A stretch of DNA of 64,000 nucleotides from positions 9,250,894 to 9,314,893 of the forward strand of contig CM082589.2 of assembly GCA_040954595.2 (NCBI GenBank). The letters run 5' to 3'. The notes below the pieces were generated by a model. The model saw nothing but the letters and a program-made list of their open reading frames with translations, did no database searches and was not told where the DNA came from. Origin of the DNA: Balanoglossus misakiensis (Eukaryota > Animalia > Hemichordata). A program made the position numbers and the translations under genes. Position 1 is the first letter of the stretch. Each line of letters begins with the position of its first letter. Of the stretch, positions 13,709-28,700 are shown piece after piece.

Positions 13709-13743
13709 TAGTCCAGTGGTTAGAGGATCATGGGTTCGAACCC
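13709..13743 (+). promoter_or_regulatory. tRNA-derived Pol III A-box/B-box remnant (SINE-head-like)
   Basis: TAGTCCAGTGG(TTAG) at 13709-13719 fits the A box and GGTTCGAACCC at 13733-13743 fits the B box. Only 13 bp separate them, so this is not an intact tRNA. Confidence 0.5.
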
Positions 13744-13746
13744 TGT

Positions 13747-16700
13747 CACTTTGACATGGGTATAAAATGTGTATAGGGGGATTTAAAGTTGTCAGTAAAT
13801 CCCTGGGTTAATACGTGGCGGAAAGCACTGTACTTTGACATTGCTAATGCAACGATGACATTGAATGGGATTCTTTGCATTAGGGCAAATGGCGAAGCAA
13901 GCTCAATGATGCATCAGAGTAGATGGTGATGCAAGCTCTGCACTTTCACATGGGTATTTAATGTTAAATGTAAATCCATAGGTTAATACGTGGCCAAAAG
14001 CACTCTATTTTGACATTGTTAATGGAACGATGACATTGAATCTGATTCTTTGCATCAGGGCAAATGGCGAAGCAAGGTTGATGATGCATCAGGGTAGATA
14101 GTGATGCAATCACTTCACTTTGACATGGGTATTAAATGCATATGGGGATTTCAAGTTGATGATAAATCCCTGGGTTAATACGTGTCCAAAAGCACTGTAC
14201 TTTGACATTGCTAATGCAACGATGACATTGAATCAGATTCTTTGCATCAGGGTAAATGGCGAAGCAAGGTTGATGATGCATCAGGGTAGATAGTTATGCA
14301 AGCTCTGCACTTTGACATGGGTATAAAATGCCTACAGGGGGATTTAAAGTTGTCTGTAAATCCCTGGGTTAATACGTGTCCAAAAGCACTGTACTTTGAC
14401 ATTGCTAATGCAACGATGACATTGAATCTGATTCTTTGCATCAGGGTAAATGGCGAAGCAAGGTTGATGATGCATCAGGGTAGATAGTGATGCAAGCTCT
14501 GCACTTTGACATGGGTATAAAATGCCTACAAGGGGATTTAAAGTTGTCTGTAAATCCCTGGGTTAATACGTGGCGGAAAGCACTGTACTTTGACATTGCA
14601 TATGCAATGGTGACATTGAATGGGATTCTTTGCATTAGGGCAAATGGCGAAGCAAGCTCAATGATGCATCAGAGTAGATGGTGATGCAAACTCTGCACTT
14701 TCACATGGGTATTTAATGTTAAATGTAAATCCATAGGTTAATACGTGGCCAAAAGCACTCTAATTTGACATTGCTAATGCAACGATGACATTGAATCTGA
14801 TTCTTTGCATCAGGGCAAATGGCGAAGCAAGGTTGATGATGCATCAGGGTAGATAGTGATGCAAGCTCTGCACTTTGACATGGGTATAAAATGCCTACAG
14901 GGGGATTTAAAGTTGTCTGTAAATCCCTGGGTTAATACGTGGCGGAAAGCACTGTACTTTGACATTGCATATGCAATGGTGACATTGAATGGGATTCTTT
15001 GCATTAGGGCAAATGGCGAAGCAAGCTCAATGATGCATCAGAGTAGATGGTGATGCAAACTCTGCACTTTCACATGGGTATTTAATGTTAACTGTAAATC
15101 CATAGGTTAATACGTGGCCAAAAGAACTCTAATTTGACATTGCTAATGCAACGATGACATTGAATCTGATTCTTTGCATCAGGGCAAATGGCGAAGCAAG
15201 GTTGATGATGCATCAGGGTAGATAGTGATGCAATCACTTAACTTTGACATGGGTATTGAATGCATATGGGGATTTCAAGTTGATGATAAATCCCTGGGTT
15301 AATACGTGTCCAAAAGCACTGTACTTTGACATTGCTAATGTAACGATGACATTGAATCAGATTCTTTGCATCAGGGTAAATGGCGTAGCAAGCTTTATAT
15401 TGCATCAGGGTAGATAGTGATGCAAACACTTCACTTTGACATGGGTATTAAATGCATATGGGGATTTCAAGTTGATGATAAATCCCTGGGTTAATACATG
15501 TCCAAAATCACTGTACTTTGACATTGCTAATGCAACGATGACATTGAATCTGATTCTTTGCATCAGGGTAAATGGCGTAGCAAGCTTTATGATGCATCAG
15601 GGTAGATAGTGATGCAAACACTTAACTTTGACATGGGTATTAAATGCACATGGGGATTTCAGGTTGTTGAAAAATCTGTGGGTTAATACGTGTCCAAAAG
15701 CACTGTACTTTGACATTGCTAATGCAACGATAACATTGAATCTGTTTCTTTGCATCAGGGTAAATGGCGTAGCAACATTTATATTGCATCAGGGTAGATA
15801 GTGATGCAAACACTTCACTTTGACATGGGTATAAAATGCCTACAGGGGGATTTAATGTTGTCTGTAAATCCCTGGGTTATTACGTGTCCAAAAACACTGT
15901 ACTTTGACATTGCTAATGCAGCGATGACATTGAATCTGATTCTTTGCATCAGGGTAAATGGCGAAGCAAGGTTGATGAAGCATCAGGGTAGATAGTGATG
16001 CAAGCTCTGCACTTTGACATGGGCATAAAATGTCTACAGGGGGATTTAAAGTTGTCTGTAAATCCCTGGGTTAATACGTGGCGGAAAGCACTGTACTTTG
16101 ACATTGCATATGCAATGGTGACATTGAATGGGATTCTTTGAATTAGGGCAAATGGCGAAGCAAGCTCAATGATACATCAGAGTAGATGGTGATGCAAACT
16201 CTGCACTTTCACATGGGCATTTAATGTTAACTGTAAATCCATAGGTTAATACGTGGCCAAAAGCACTCTAATTTGACATTGCTAATGCAACGATGAAATT
16301 GAATCTGATTCTTTGCATCAGGGCAAATGGCGAAGCAAGGTTGATGATGCATCAGGGTAGATAGTGATGCAATCACTTAACTTTGACATGGGTATTGAAT
16401 GCATATGGGGATTTCAAGTTGATGATAAATCCCTGGGTTAATACGTGTCCAAAAGCACTGTACTTTGACATTGCTAATGTAACGATGACATTGAATCAGA
16501 TTCTTTGCATCAGGGTAAATGGCGTAGCAAGCTTTATATTGCATCAGGGTAGATAGTGATGCAAACACTTCACTTTGACATGGGTATTAAATGCATATGG
16601 GGATTTCAAGTTGATGATAAATCCCTGGGTTAATACATGTCCAAAAGCACTGTACTTTGACATTGCTAATGCAACGATGACATTGAGTCTGATTCTTTGC

Positions 16701-19700
16701 ATCAGGGTAAATGGCGAAGCAAGGTTGATGATGCATCAGGGTAGATAGTGATGCAATCACTTCACTTTGACATGGGTATTAAATGCATATGGGGATTTCA
16801 AGTTGATGATAAATCCCTGGGTTAATACATGTCCAAAATCACTGTACTTTGACATTGCTAATGCAACGATGACATTGAATCTGATTCTTTGCATCAGGGT
16901 AAATGGCGTAGCAAGCTTTATGATGCATCAGGGTAGATAGTGATGCAAACACTTAACTTTGACATGGGTATTAAATGCATATGGGGATTTCAGGTTGTTG
17001 AAAAATCTGTGGGTTAATACGTGTCCAAAAGCACTGTACTTTGACATTGCTAATGCAACGATAACATTGAATCTGATTCTTTGCATCAGGGTAAATGGCG
17101 AAGCAAGGTTGATGATGCATCAGGGTAGATAGTGATGCAATCACTTCACTTTGACATGGGTATTAAATGCATATGGGGATTTCAAGTTGATGATAAATCC
17201 CTGGGTTAATACATGTCCAAAATCACTGTACTTTGACATTGCTAATGCAACGATGACATTGAATCTGATTCTTTGCATCAGGGTAAATGGCGTAGCAAGC
17301 TTTATGATGCATCAGGGTAGATAGTGATGCAAACACTTAACTTTGACATGGGTATTAAATGCATATGGGGATTTCAGGTTGTTGAAAAATCTGTGGGTTA
17401 ATACGTGTCCAAAAGCACTGTACTTTGACATTGCTAATGCAACGATAACATTGAATCTGATTCTTTGCATCAGGGTAAATGGCGTAGCAAGCTTTATGAT
17501 GCATCAGGGTAGATAGTGATGCAAACACTTCACTTTGACATGGGTATAAAATGCCTACAGGGGGATTTAATGTTGTCTGTAAATCCCTGGGTTATTACGT
17601 GTCCAAAAACACTGTACTTTGACATTGCTAATGCAGCGATGACATTGAATCTGATTCTTTGCATCAGGGTAAATGGCGAAGCAAGGTTGATGAAGCATCA
17701 GGGTAGATAGTGATGCAAGCTCTGCACTTTGACATGGGCATAAAATGTCTACAGGGGGATTTAAAGTTGTCTGTAAATCCCTGGGTTAATACGTGGCGGA
17801 AAGCACTGTACTTTGACATTGCATATGCAATGGTGACATTGAATGGGATTCTTTGCATTAGGGCAAATGGCGAAGCAAGCTCAATGATACATCAGAGTAG
17901 ATGGTGATGCAAACTCTGCACTTTCACATGGGTATTTAATGTTAACTGTAAATCCATAGGTTAATACGTGGCCAAAAGCACTCTAATTTGACATTGCTAA
18001 TGCAACGATGACATTGAATCTGATTCTTTGCATCAGGGCAAATTATGAAGCAAGGTTGATGATGCATCAGGGTAGATAGTGATGCAATCACTTAACTTTG
18101 ACATGGGTATTGAATGCATATGGGGATTTCAAGTTGATGATAAATCCCTGGGTTAATACGTGTCCAAAAGCACTGTACTTTGACATTGCTAATGTAACGA
18201 TGACATTGAATCTGTTTCTTTGCATCAGGGTAAATGGCGTAGCAAGCTTTATATTGCATCAGGGTAGATAGTGATGTAAACACTTCACTTTGACATGGGT
18301 ATTAAATGCATATGGGGATTTCAAGTTGATGATAAATCCCTGGGTTAATACATGTCCAAAAGCACTGTACTTTGACATTGCTAATGCAACGATGACATTG
18401 AGTCTGATTCTTTGCATCAGGGTAAATGGCGAAGCAAGGTTGATGATGTATCAGGGTAGATAGTGATGCAATCACTTCACTTTGACATGGGTATAAAATG
18501 CCTATGGGGATTTCAAGTTGATGATAAATCCCTGGGTTAATACGTGTCCAAAATCACTGTACTTTGACATTGCTAATGCAACGATGACATTGAATCTGAT
18601 TCTTTGCATCAGGGTAAATGGCGTAGCAAGCTTTATAATGCATCGGGGTAGATAGTGATGCAAACACTTAACTTTGACATGGGTATTAAATGCATATGGG
18701 GATTTCAGGTTGTTGAAAAATCTGTGGGTTAATACGTGTCCAAAAGCACTATACTTTGACATTGCTAATGCAACGACAACATTGAATCTGATTCTTTGCA
18801 TCAGGGTAAATGGCGTAGCAAGCTTTATGATGCATCAGGGTAGATAGTGATGCAAACACTTCACTTTGACATGGGTATAAAATGCCTACAGGGGGATTTA
18901 ATGTTGTCTGTAAATCCCTGGGTTATTACGTGTCCAAAAACACTGTACTTTGACATTGCTAATGCAGCGATGACATTGAATCTGATTCTTTGCATCAGGG
19001 TAAATGGCGAAGCAAGGTTGATGAAGCATCAGGGTAGATAGTGATGCAAGCTCTGCACTTTGACATGGGCATAAAATGTCTACATGGGGATTTAAAGTTG
19101 TCTGTAAATCCCTGGGTTAATACGTGGCGGAAAGCACTGTACTTTGACATTGCATATGCAATGGTGACATTGAATGGGATTCTTTGCATTAGGGCAAATG
19201 GCGAAGCAAGCTCAATGATACATCAGAGTAGATGGTGATGCAAACTCTGCACTTTCACATGGGTATTTAATGTTAAATGTAAATCCATAGGTTAATACGT
19301 GGCCAAAAGCACTTTCACATGGGTATTTAATGTTAACTGTAAATCCATAGGTTAATACGTGGCCAAAAGCACTCTAATTTGACATTGCTAATGGAACGAT
19401 GACATTGAATCTGATTCTTTGCATCAGGGCAAATGGCGAAGCAAGGTTGATGATGCATTAGGGTAGATAGTGATGCAATCACTTAACTTTGACATGGGTA
19501 TTGAATGCATATGGGGATTTCAAGTTGATGATAAATCCCTGGGTTAATACGTGTCCAAAAGCACTGTACTTTGACATTGCTAATGTAACGATGACATTGA
19601 ATCTGTTTATTTGCATCAGGGTAAATGGCGTAGCAAGCTTTATACTGCATCAGGGTAGATAGTGATGCAAACACTTCACTTTGACATGGGTATTAAATGC

Positions 19701-22700
19701 ATATGGGGATTTCAAGTTGATGATAAATCCCTGGGTTAATACGTGTCCAAAAGCACTGTACTTTGACATTGCTAATGCAACGATAACATTGAATCTGATT
19801 CTTTGCATCAGGGTAAATGGCGTAGCAAGCTTTATGATGCATCAGGGTAGATAGTGATGCAAACACTTCACTTTGACATGGGTATAAAATGCCTACAGGG
19901 GGATTTAATGTTGTCTGTAAATCCCTGGGTTATTACGTGTCCAAAAACACTGTACTTTGACATTGCTAATGCAACGATGACATTGAATCTGATTCTTTGC
20001 ATCAGGGTAAATGGCGAAGCAAGGTTGATTATGCATCAGGGTAGATAGTGATGCAAGCTCTGCACTTAGACATGGGTATAAAATGCCTACAGGGGGATTT
20101 AAAGTTGTCTGTAAATCCCTGGGTTAATACGTGGCGGAAAGCACTGTACTTTGACATTGCATATGCAATGGTGACATTGAATGGGATTCTTTGCATTAGG
20201 GCAAATGGCGAAGCAAGCTCAATGATGCATCAGAGTAGATGGTGATGCAAACTCTGCACTTTCACATGGGTATTTAATGTTAAATGTAAATCGATAGGTT
20301 AATACGTGGCCAAAAGCACTCTAATTTGACATTGCTAATGGAACGATGACATTGAATCTGATTCTTTGCATCAGGGCAAATGGCGAAGCAAGGTTTATGA
20401 TGCATCAGAGTAGATGGTGATGCAAACTCTGCACTTTCACATGGGTATTTAATGTTAAATGTAAATCCATAGGTTAATACGTGGCCAAAAGCACTGTAAT
20501 TTGACATTGCTAATGCAACGATGACATTGAATCTGATTCTTTGCATCAGGGTATATGGCGTAGCAAGCTTTATGATGCATCAGGGTAGATAGTGATGCAA
20601 ACACTTCACTTTGACATGGGTATTAAATGCATATGGGGATTTCAGGTTGTTGAAAAATCTGTGGGTTAATACGTGTCAAAAAGCACTGTACTTTGACATT
20701 GCTAATGCAACGATGACATTGAATCTGATTCTTTGCATCAGGGTAAATGGCGTAGCAAGCTTTATGACGCATCAGGGTAGATAGTGATGCAAACACTTCA
20801 CTTTGACATGGGTATAAAATGCCTACAGGGGGATTTAAAGTTGTCTGTAAATCCCTGGGTTAATACGTGGCGGAAAGCACTGTACTTTGACATTGCATAT
20901 GCAATGGTGACATTGAATGGGATTCTTTGCATTAGGGCAAATGGCGAAGCAAACTCAATGATGCATCAGAGTAGATGGTGATGCAAACTCTGCACTTTCA
21001 CATGGGTATTTAATGTTAACTGTAAATCCATAGGTTAATACGTGGCCAAAAGCACTCTAATTTGACATTGCTAATGCAACGATGACATTGAATCTGATTC
21101 TTTGCATCAGGGCAAATGGCGAAGCAAGGTTGATGATGCATCAGGGTAGATAGTGATGCAATCACTTCACTTTGACATGGGTAGTAAATGCATATGGGGA
21201 TTTCAAGTTGATGATAAATCCCTGGGTTAATACGTGTCCTAAAGCACTGTACTTTGACATTGCTAATGTAACGATGACATTGAATCTGATTCTTTGCATC
21301 AGGGTAAATGGCGTAGCAAGCTTTATGATGCATCAGGGTAGATAGTGATGCAAACACTTCACTTTGACATGGGTATTAAATGCATATGGGGATTTCAGGT
21401 TGTTGAAAAATCTGTGGGTTAATACGTGTCGAAAAGCACTGTACTTTGACATTGCTAATGCAATGATGACATTGAATCTGAATCTTTGCATCAGGGTAAA
21501 TGGCGTAGCAAGCTTTATGATGCATCAGGGTAGATAGTGATGCAAACACTTCACTTTGACATGTGTATAAAATGCCTACAGGGGGATTTAAAGTTGTCTG
21601 TAAATCCCTGGGTTAATACGTGTCCAAAAGCACTGTACTTTGACATTGCTAATGCAACGATGACATTGAATCTGATTCTTTGCATCAGGGTAAATGGCGA
21701 AGCAAGATTGATTATGCATCAGGGTAGATAGTGATGCAAGCTCTGCACTTAGACATGGGTATAAAATGCCTACAGGGGGATTTAAAGTTGTCTGTAAATC
21801 CCTGGGTTAATACGTGGCGGAAAGCACTGTACTTTGACATTGCATATGCAATGGTGACATTGAATGGGATTCTTTGCATTAGGGCAAATGGCGAAGCAAG
21901 CTCAATGATGCATCAGAGTAGATGGTGATGCAAACTCTGCACTTTCACATGGGTATTTAATGTTAAATGTAAATCCATAGGTTAATACGTGGCCAAAAGC
22001 ACTCTAATTTGACATTGCTAATGCAACGATGACATTGAATCTGATTCTTTGCATCTGGGCAAATGGCGAAGCAAGGTTGATGATGCATCAGGGTAGATAG
22101 TGATGCAATCACTTCACTTTGACATGGGTATTAAATGCATATGGGGATTTCAAGTTGATGATAAATCCCTGGGTTAATACGTGTCCAAAAGCACTGTACT
22201 TTGACATTGCTAATGTAACGATGACATTGAATCTGATTCTTTGCATCAGGGTAAATGGCGTAGCAAGCTTTATGATGCATCAGGGTAGATAGTGATGCAA
22301 ACACTTCACTTTGACATGGGTATTAAATGCATATGGGGATTTCAGGTTGTTGAAAAATCTGTTGGTTAATACGTGTCCAAAAGCACTGTACTTTGACATT
22401 GCTAATGCAATGATGACATTGAATCTGATTCTTTCCATCAGGGTAAATGGCGTAGCAAGCTTTATGATGCATCAGGGTAGATAGTGATGCAAACACTTCA
22501 CTTTGACATGGGTATAAAATGCCTACAGGGGGATTTAATGTTGTCTGTAAATCCCTGGGTTATTACGTGTCCAAAAACACTGTACTTTGACATTGCTAAT
22601 GCAGCGATGACATTGAATCTGATTCTTTGCATCAGGGTAAATGGCGAAGCAAGGTTGATGAAGCATCAGGGTAGATAGTGATGCAAGCTCTGCACTTTGA

Positions 22701-25700
22701 CATGGGCATAAAATGTCTACAGGGGGATTTAAAGTTGTCTGTAAATCCCTGGGTTAATACGTGGCGGAAAGCACTGTACTTTGACATTGCATATGCAATG
22801 GTGACATTGAATGGGATTCTTTGCATTAGGGCAAATGGCGAAGCAAGCTCAATGATACATCAGAGTAGATGGTGATGCAAACTCTGCACTTGCACATGGG
22901 TATTTAATGTTAACTGTAAATCCATAGGTTAATACGTGGCCAAAAGCACTCTAATTTGACATTGCTAATGCAACGATGACATTGAATCTGATTCTTTGCA
23001 TCAGGGCAAATGGCGAAGCAAGGTTGATGATGCATCAGGGTAGATAGTGATGCAATCACTTAACTTTGACATGGGTATTGAATGCATATGGGGATTTCAA
23101 GTTGATGATAAATCCCTGGGTTAATACGTGTCCAAAAGCACTGTACTTTGACATTGCTAATGTAACGATGACATTGAATCAGATTCTTTGCATCAGGGTA
23201 AATGGCGTAGCAAGCTTTATATTGCATCAGGGTAGATAGTGATGCAAACACTTCACTTTGACATGGGTATTAAATGCATATGGGGATTTCAAGTTGATGA
23301 TAAATCCCTGGGTTAATACATGTCCAAAAGCACTGTACTTTGACATTGCTAATGCAACGATGACATTGAGTCTGATTCTTTGCATCAGGGTAAATGGCGA
23401 AGCAAGGTTGATGATGCATCAGGGTAGATAGTGATGCAATCACTTCACTTTGACATGGGTATTAAATGCATATGGGGATTTCAAGTTGATGATAAATCCC
23501 TGGGTTAATACGTGTCCAAAATCACTGTACTTTGACATTGCTAATGCAACGATGACATTGAATCTGATTCTTTGCATCAGGGTAAATGGCGTAGCAAGCT
23601 TTATGATGCATCAGGGTAGATAGTGATGCAAACACTTAACTTTGACATGGGTATTAAATGCATATGGGGATTTCAGGTTGTTGAAAAATCTGTGGGTTAA
23701 TACGTGTCCAAAAGCACTGTACTTTGACATTGCTAATGCAACGATAACATTGAATCTGATTCTTTGCATCAGGGTAAATGGCGTAGCAAGCTTTATGATG
23801 CATCAGGGTAGATAGTGATGCAAACACTTCACTTTGACATGGGTATAAAATGCCTACAGGGGGATTTAATGTTGTCTGTAAATCCCTGGGTTATTACGTG
23901 TCCAAAAACACTGTACTTTGACATTGCTAATGCAGCGATGACATTGAATCTGATTCTTTGCATCAGGGTAAATGGCGAAGCAAGGTTGATGAAGCATCAG
24001 GGTAGATAGTGATGCAAGCTCTGCACTTTGACATGGGCATAAAATGTCTACAGGGGGATTTAAAGTTGTCTGTAAATCCCTGGGTTAATACGTGGCGGAA
24101 AGCACTGTACTTTGACATTGCATATGCAATGGTGACATTGAATGGGATTCTTTGCATTAGGGCAAATGGCGAAGCAAGCTCAATGATACATCAGAGTAGA
24201 TGGTGATGCAAACTCTGCACTTTCACATGGGTATTTAATGTTAACTGTAAATCCATAGGTTAATACGTGGCCAAAAGCACTCTAATTTGACATTGCTAAT
24301 GCAACGATGACATTGAATCTGATTCTTTGCATCAGGGCAAATTATGAAGCAAGGTTGATGATGCATCAGGGTAGATAGTGATGCAATCACTTAACTTTGA
24401 CATAGGTATTGAATGCATATGGGGATTTCAAGTTGATGATAAATCCCTGGGTTAATACGTGTCCAAAAGCACTGTACTTTGACATTGCTAATGTAACGAT
24501 GACATTGAATCTGTTTCTTTGCATCAGGGTAAATGGCGTAGCAAGCTTTATATTGCATCAGGGTAGATAGTGATGCAAACACTTCACTTTGACATGGGTA
24601 TTAAATGCATATGGGGATTTCAAGTTGATGATAAATCCCTGGGTTAATACATGTTCAAAAGCACTGTACTTTGACATTGCTAATGCAACGATGACATTGA
24701 GTCTGATTCTTTGCATCAGGGTAAATGGCGAAGCAAGGTTGATGATGTATCAGGGTAGATAGTGATGCAATCACTTCACTTTGACATGGGTATAAAATGC
24801 ATATGGGGATTTCAAGTTGATGATAAATCCCTGGGTTAATACGTGTCCAAAATCACTGTACTTTGACATTGCTAATGCAACGATGACATTGAATCTGATT
24901 CTTTGCATCAGGGTAAATGGCGTAGCAAGCTTTATGATGCATCGGGGTAGATAGTGATGCAAACAGTTAACTTTGACATGGGTATTAAATGCATATGGGG
25001 ATTTCAGGTTGTTGAAAAATCTGTGGGTTAATACGTGTCCAAAAGCACTGTACTTTGACATTGCTAATGCAACGATAACATTGACTCTGATTCTTTGCAT
25101 CAGGGTAAATGGCGTAGCAAGCTTTATGATGCATCAGGGTAGATAGTGATGCAAACACTTCACTTTGACATGGGTATAAAATGCCTACAGGGGGATTTAA
25201 TGTTGTCTGTAAATCCCTGGGTTATTATGTGTCCAAAAACACTGTACTTTGACATTGCTAATGCAGCGATGACATTGAATCTGATTCTTTGCATCAGGGT
25301 AAATGGCGAAGCAAGGTTGATGAAGCATCAGGGTAGATAGTGATGCAAGCTCTGCACTTTGACATGGGCATAAAATGTCTACAGGGGGATTTAAAGTTGT
25401 CTGTAAATCCCTGGGTTAATACGTGGCGGAAAGCACTGTACTTTGACATTGCATATGCAATGGTGACATTGAATGGGATTCTTTGCATTAGGGCAAATGG
25501 CGAAGCAAGCTCAATGATACATCAGAATAGATGGTGATGCAAACTCTGCACTTTCACATGGGTATTTAATGTTAAATGTAAATCCATAGGTTAATACGTG
25601 GCCAAAAGCACTCTAATTTGACATTGCTAATGGAACGATGACATTGAATCTGATTCTTTGCATCAGGGCAAATGGCGAAGCAAGGTTGATGATGCATCAG

Positions 25701-28700
25701 GGTAGATAGTGATGCAATCACTTAACTTTGACATGGGTATTGAATGCATATGGGGATTTCAAGTTGATGATAAATCCCTGGGTTAATACGTGTCCAAAAG
25801 CACTGTACTTTGACATTGCTAATGTAACGATGACATTGAATCTGTTTCTTTGCATCAGGGTAAATGGCGTAGCAAGCTTTATATTGCATCAGGGTAGATA
25901 GTGATGCAAACACTTCACTTTGACATGGGTATTAAATGCATATGGGGATTTCAAGTTGATGATAAATCCCTGGGTTAATACGTGTCCAAAAGCACTGTAC
26001 TTTGACATTGCTAATGCAACGATAACATTGAATCTGATTCTTTGCATCAGGGTAAATGGCGTAGCAAGCTTTATGATGCATCAGGGTAGATAGTGATGCA
26101 AACACTTCACTTTGACATGGGTATAAAATGCCTACAGGGGGATTTAAAGTTGTCTGTAAATCCCTGGGTTAATACGTGGCGGAAAGCACTGTACTTTGAC
26201 ATTGCATATGCAATGGTGACATTGAATGGGATTCTTTGAATTAGGGCAAATGGCGAAGCAAGCTCAATGATGCATCAGAGTAGATGGTGATGCAAACTCT
26301 GCACTTTCACATGGGTATTTAATGTTAAATGTAAATCCATAGGTTAATACGTGGCCAAAAGCACTCTAATTTGACATTGCTAATGGAACGATGACATTGA
26401 ATCTGATTCTTTGCATCAGGGCAAATGGCGAAGCAAGGTTTATGATGCATCAGGGTAGATAGTGATGCAATCACTTCACTTTGACATTGGTATTAAATGC
26501 ATATGGGGATTTCAAGTTGATGATAAATCCCTGGGTTAATACGTGTCCAAAAGCACTGTAATTTGACATTGCTAATGCAACGATGACATTGAATCTGATT
26601 CTTTGCATCAGGGTATATGGCGTAACAAGCTTTATGATGCATCAGGGTAGATAGTGATGCAAACACTTCACTTTGACATGGGTATTAAATGCATATGGGG
26701 ATTTCAGGTTGTTGAAAAATCTGTGGGTTAATACGTGTCCAAAAGCACTGTACTTTGACATTGCTAATGCAACGATGACATTGAATCTGATTCTTTGCAT
26801 CAGGGTAAATGGCGTAGCAAGCTTTATGACGCATCAGGGTAGATAGTGATGCAAAAACTTCACTTTGACATGGGTATAAAATGCCTACAGGGGGATTTAA
26901 AGTTGTCTGTAAATCCCTTGGTTAATACGTGGCGGAAAGCACTGTACTTTGACATTGCATATGCAATGGTGACATTGAATGGGATTCTTTGCATTAGGGC
27001 AAATGGCGAAGCAAACTCAATGATGCATCAGAGTAGATGGTGATGCAAACTCTGCACTTTCACATGGGTATTTAATGTTAACTGTAAATCCATAGGTTAA
27101 TACGTGGCCAAAAGCACTCTAATTTGACATTGCTAATGCAACGATGACATTGAATCTGATTCTTTGCATCAGGGCAAATGGCGAAGCAAGGTTGATGATG
27201 CATCAGGGTAGATAGTGATGCAATCACTTCACTTTGACATGGGTAGTAAATGCATATGGGGATTTCAAGTTGATGATAAATCCCTGGGTTAATACGTGTC
27301 CAAAAGCACTGTACTTTGACATTGCTAATGTAACGATGACATTGAATCTGATTCTTTGCATCAGGGTAAATGGCGTAGCAAGCTTTATGATGCATCAGGG
27401 TAGATAGTGATGCAAACACTTCACTTTGACATGGGTATTAAATGCATATGGGGATTTCAGGTTGTTGAAAAATCTGTGGGTTAATACGTGTCGAAAAGCA
27501 CTGTACTTTGACATTGCTAATGCAATGATGACATTGAATCTGATTCTTTACATCAGGGTAAATGGCGTAGCAAGCTTTATGATGCATCAGGGTAGATAGT
27601 GATGCAAACACTTCACTTTGACATGGGTATTAAATGCATATGGGGATTTCAGGTTGTTGAAAAATCTGTGGGTTAATACGTGTCGAAAAGCACTGTACTT
27701 TGACATTGCTAATGCAATGATGACATTGAATCTGATTCTTTGCATCAGGGTAAATGGCGTAGCAAGCTTTATGATGCATCAGGGTAGATAGTGATGCAAA
27801 CACTTCACTTTGACATGGGTATTAAATGCATATGGGGATTTCAGGTTGTTGAAAAATCTGTGGGTTAATACGTGTCGAAAAGCACTGTACTTTGACATTG
27901 CTAATGCAATGATGACATTGAATCTGATTCTTTGCATCAGGGTAAATGGCGTAGCAAGCTTTATGATGCATCAGGGTAGATAGTGATGCAAACACTTCAC
28001 TTTGACATGTGTATAAAATGCCTACAGGGGGATTTAAAGTTGTCTGTAAATCCCTGGGTTAATACGTGTCCAAAAACACTGTACTTTGACATTGCTAATG
28101 CAGCGATGACATTGAATCTGATTCTTTGCATCAGGGTAAATGGCGTAGCAAGCTTTATGATGCATCAGGGTAGATAGTGATGCAAACACTTCACTTTGAC
28201 ATGGGTATAAAATGCCTACAGGGGGATTTAAAGTTGTCTGTAAATCCCTGGGTTAATACGTGTCCAAAAGCACTGTACTTTGACATTGCTAATGCAACGA
28301 TGACATTGAATCTGATTCTTTGCATCAGGGTAAATGGCGAAGCAAGGTTGATGATGCATCAGGGTAGATAGTGATGCAAGCTCTGCACTTTGACATGGGT
28401 ATAAAATGCCTACAGGGGGATTTAAAGTTGTCTGTAAATCCCTGGGTTAATACGTGGCGGAAAGCACTGTACTTTGACATTGCATATGCAATGGCGACAT
28501 TGAATGGGATTCTTTGCATTAGGGCAAATGGCGAAGCAAGCTCAATGATCCATCAGAGTAGATGGTGATGCAAATTCTGCACTTTCACATGGGTATTTAA
28601 TGTTAAATGTAAATCCATAGGTTAATACGTGGCCAAAAGCACTCTAATTTGACATTGCTAATGGAACGATGACATTGAATCTGATTCTTTGCATCAGGGC

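Noticed and set aside
13709-13760. Intact tRNA gene
   Set aside because: No anticodon arm or acceptor stem; A-B spacing is too short.
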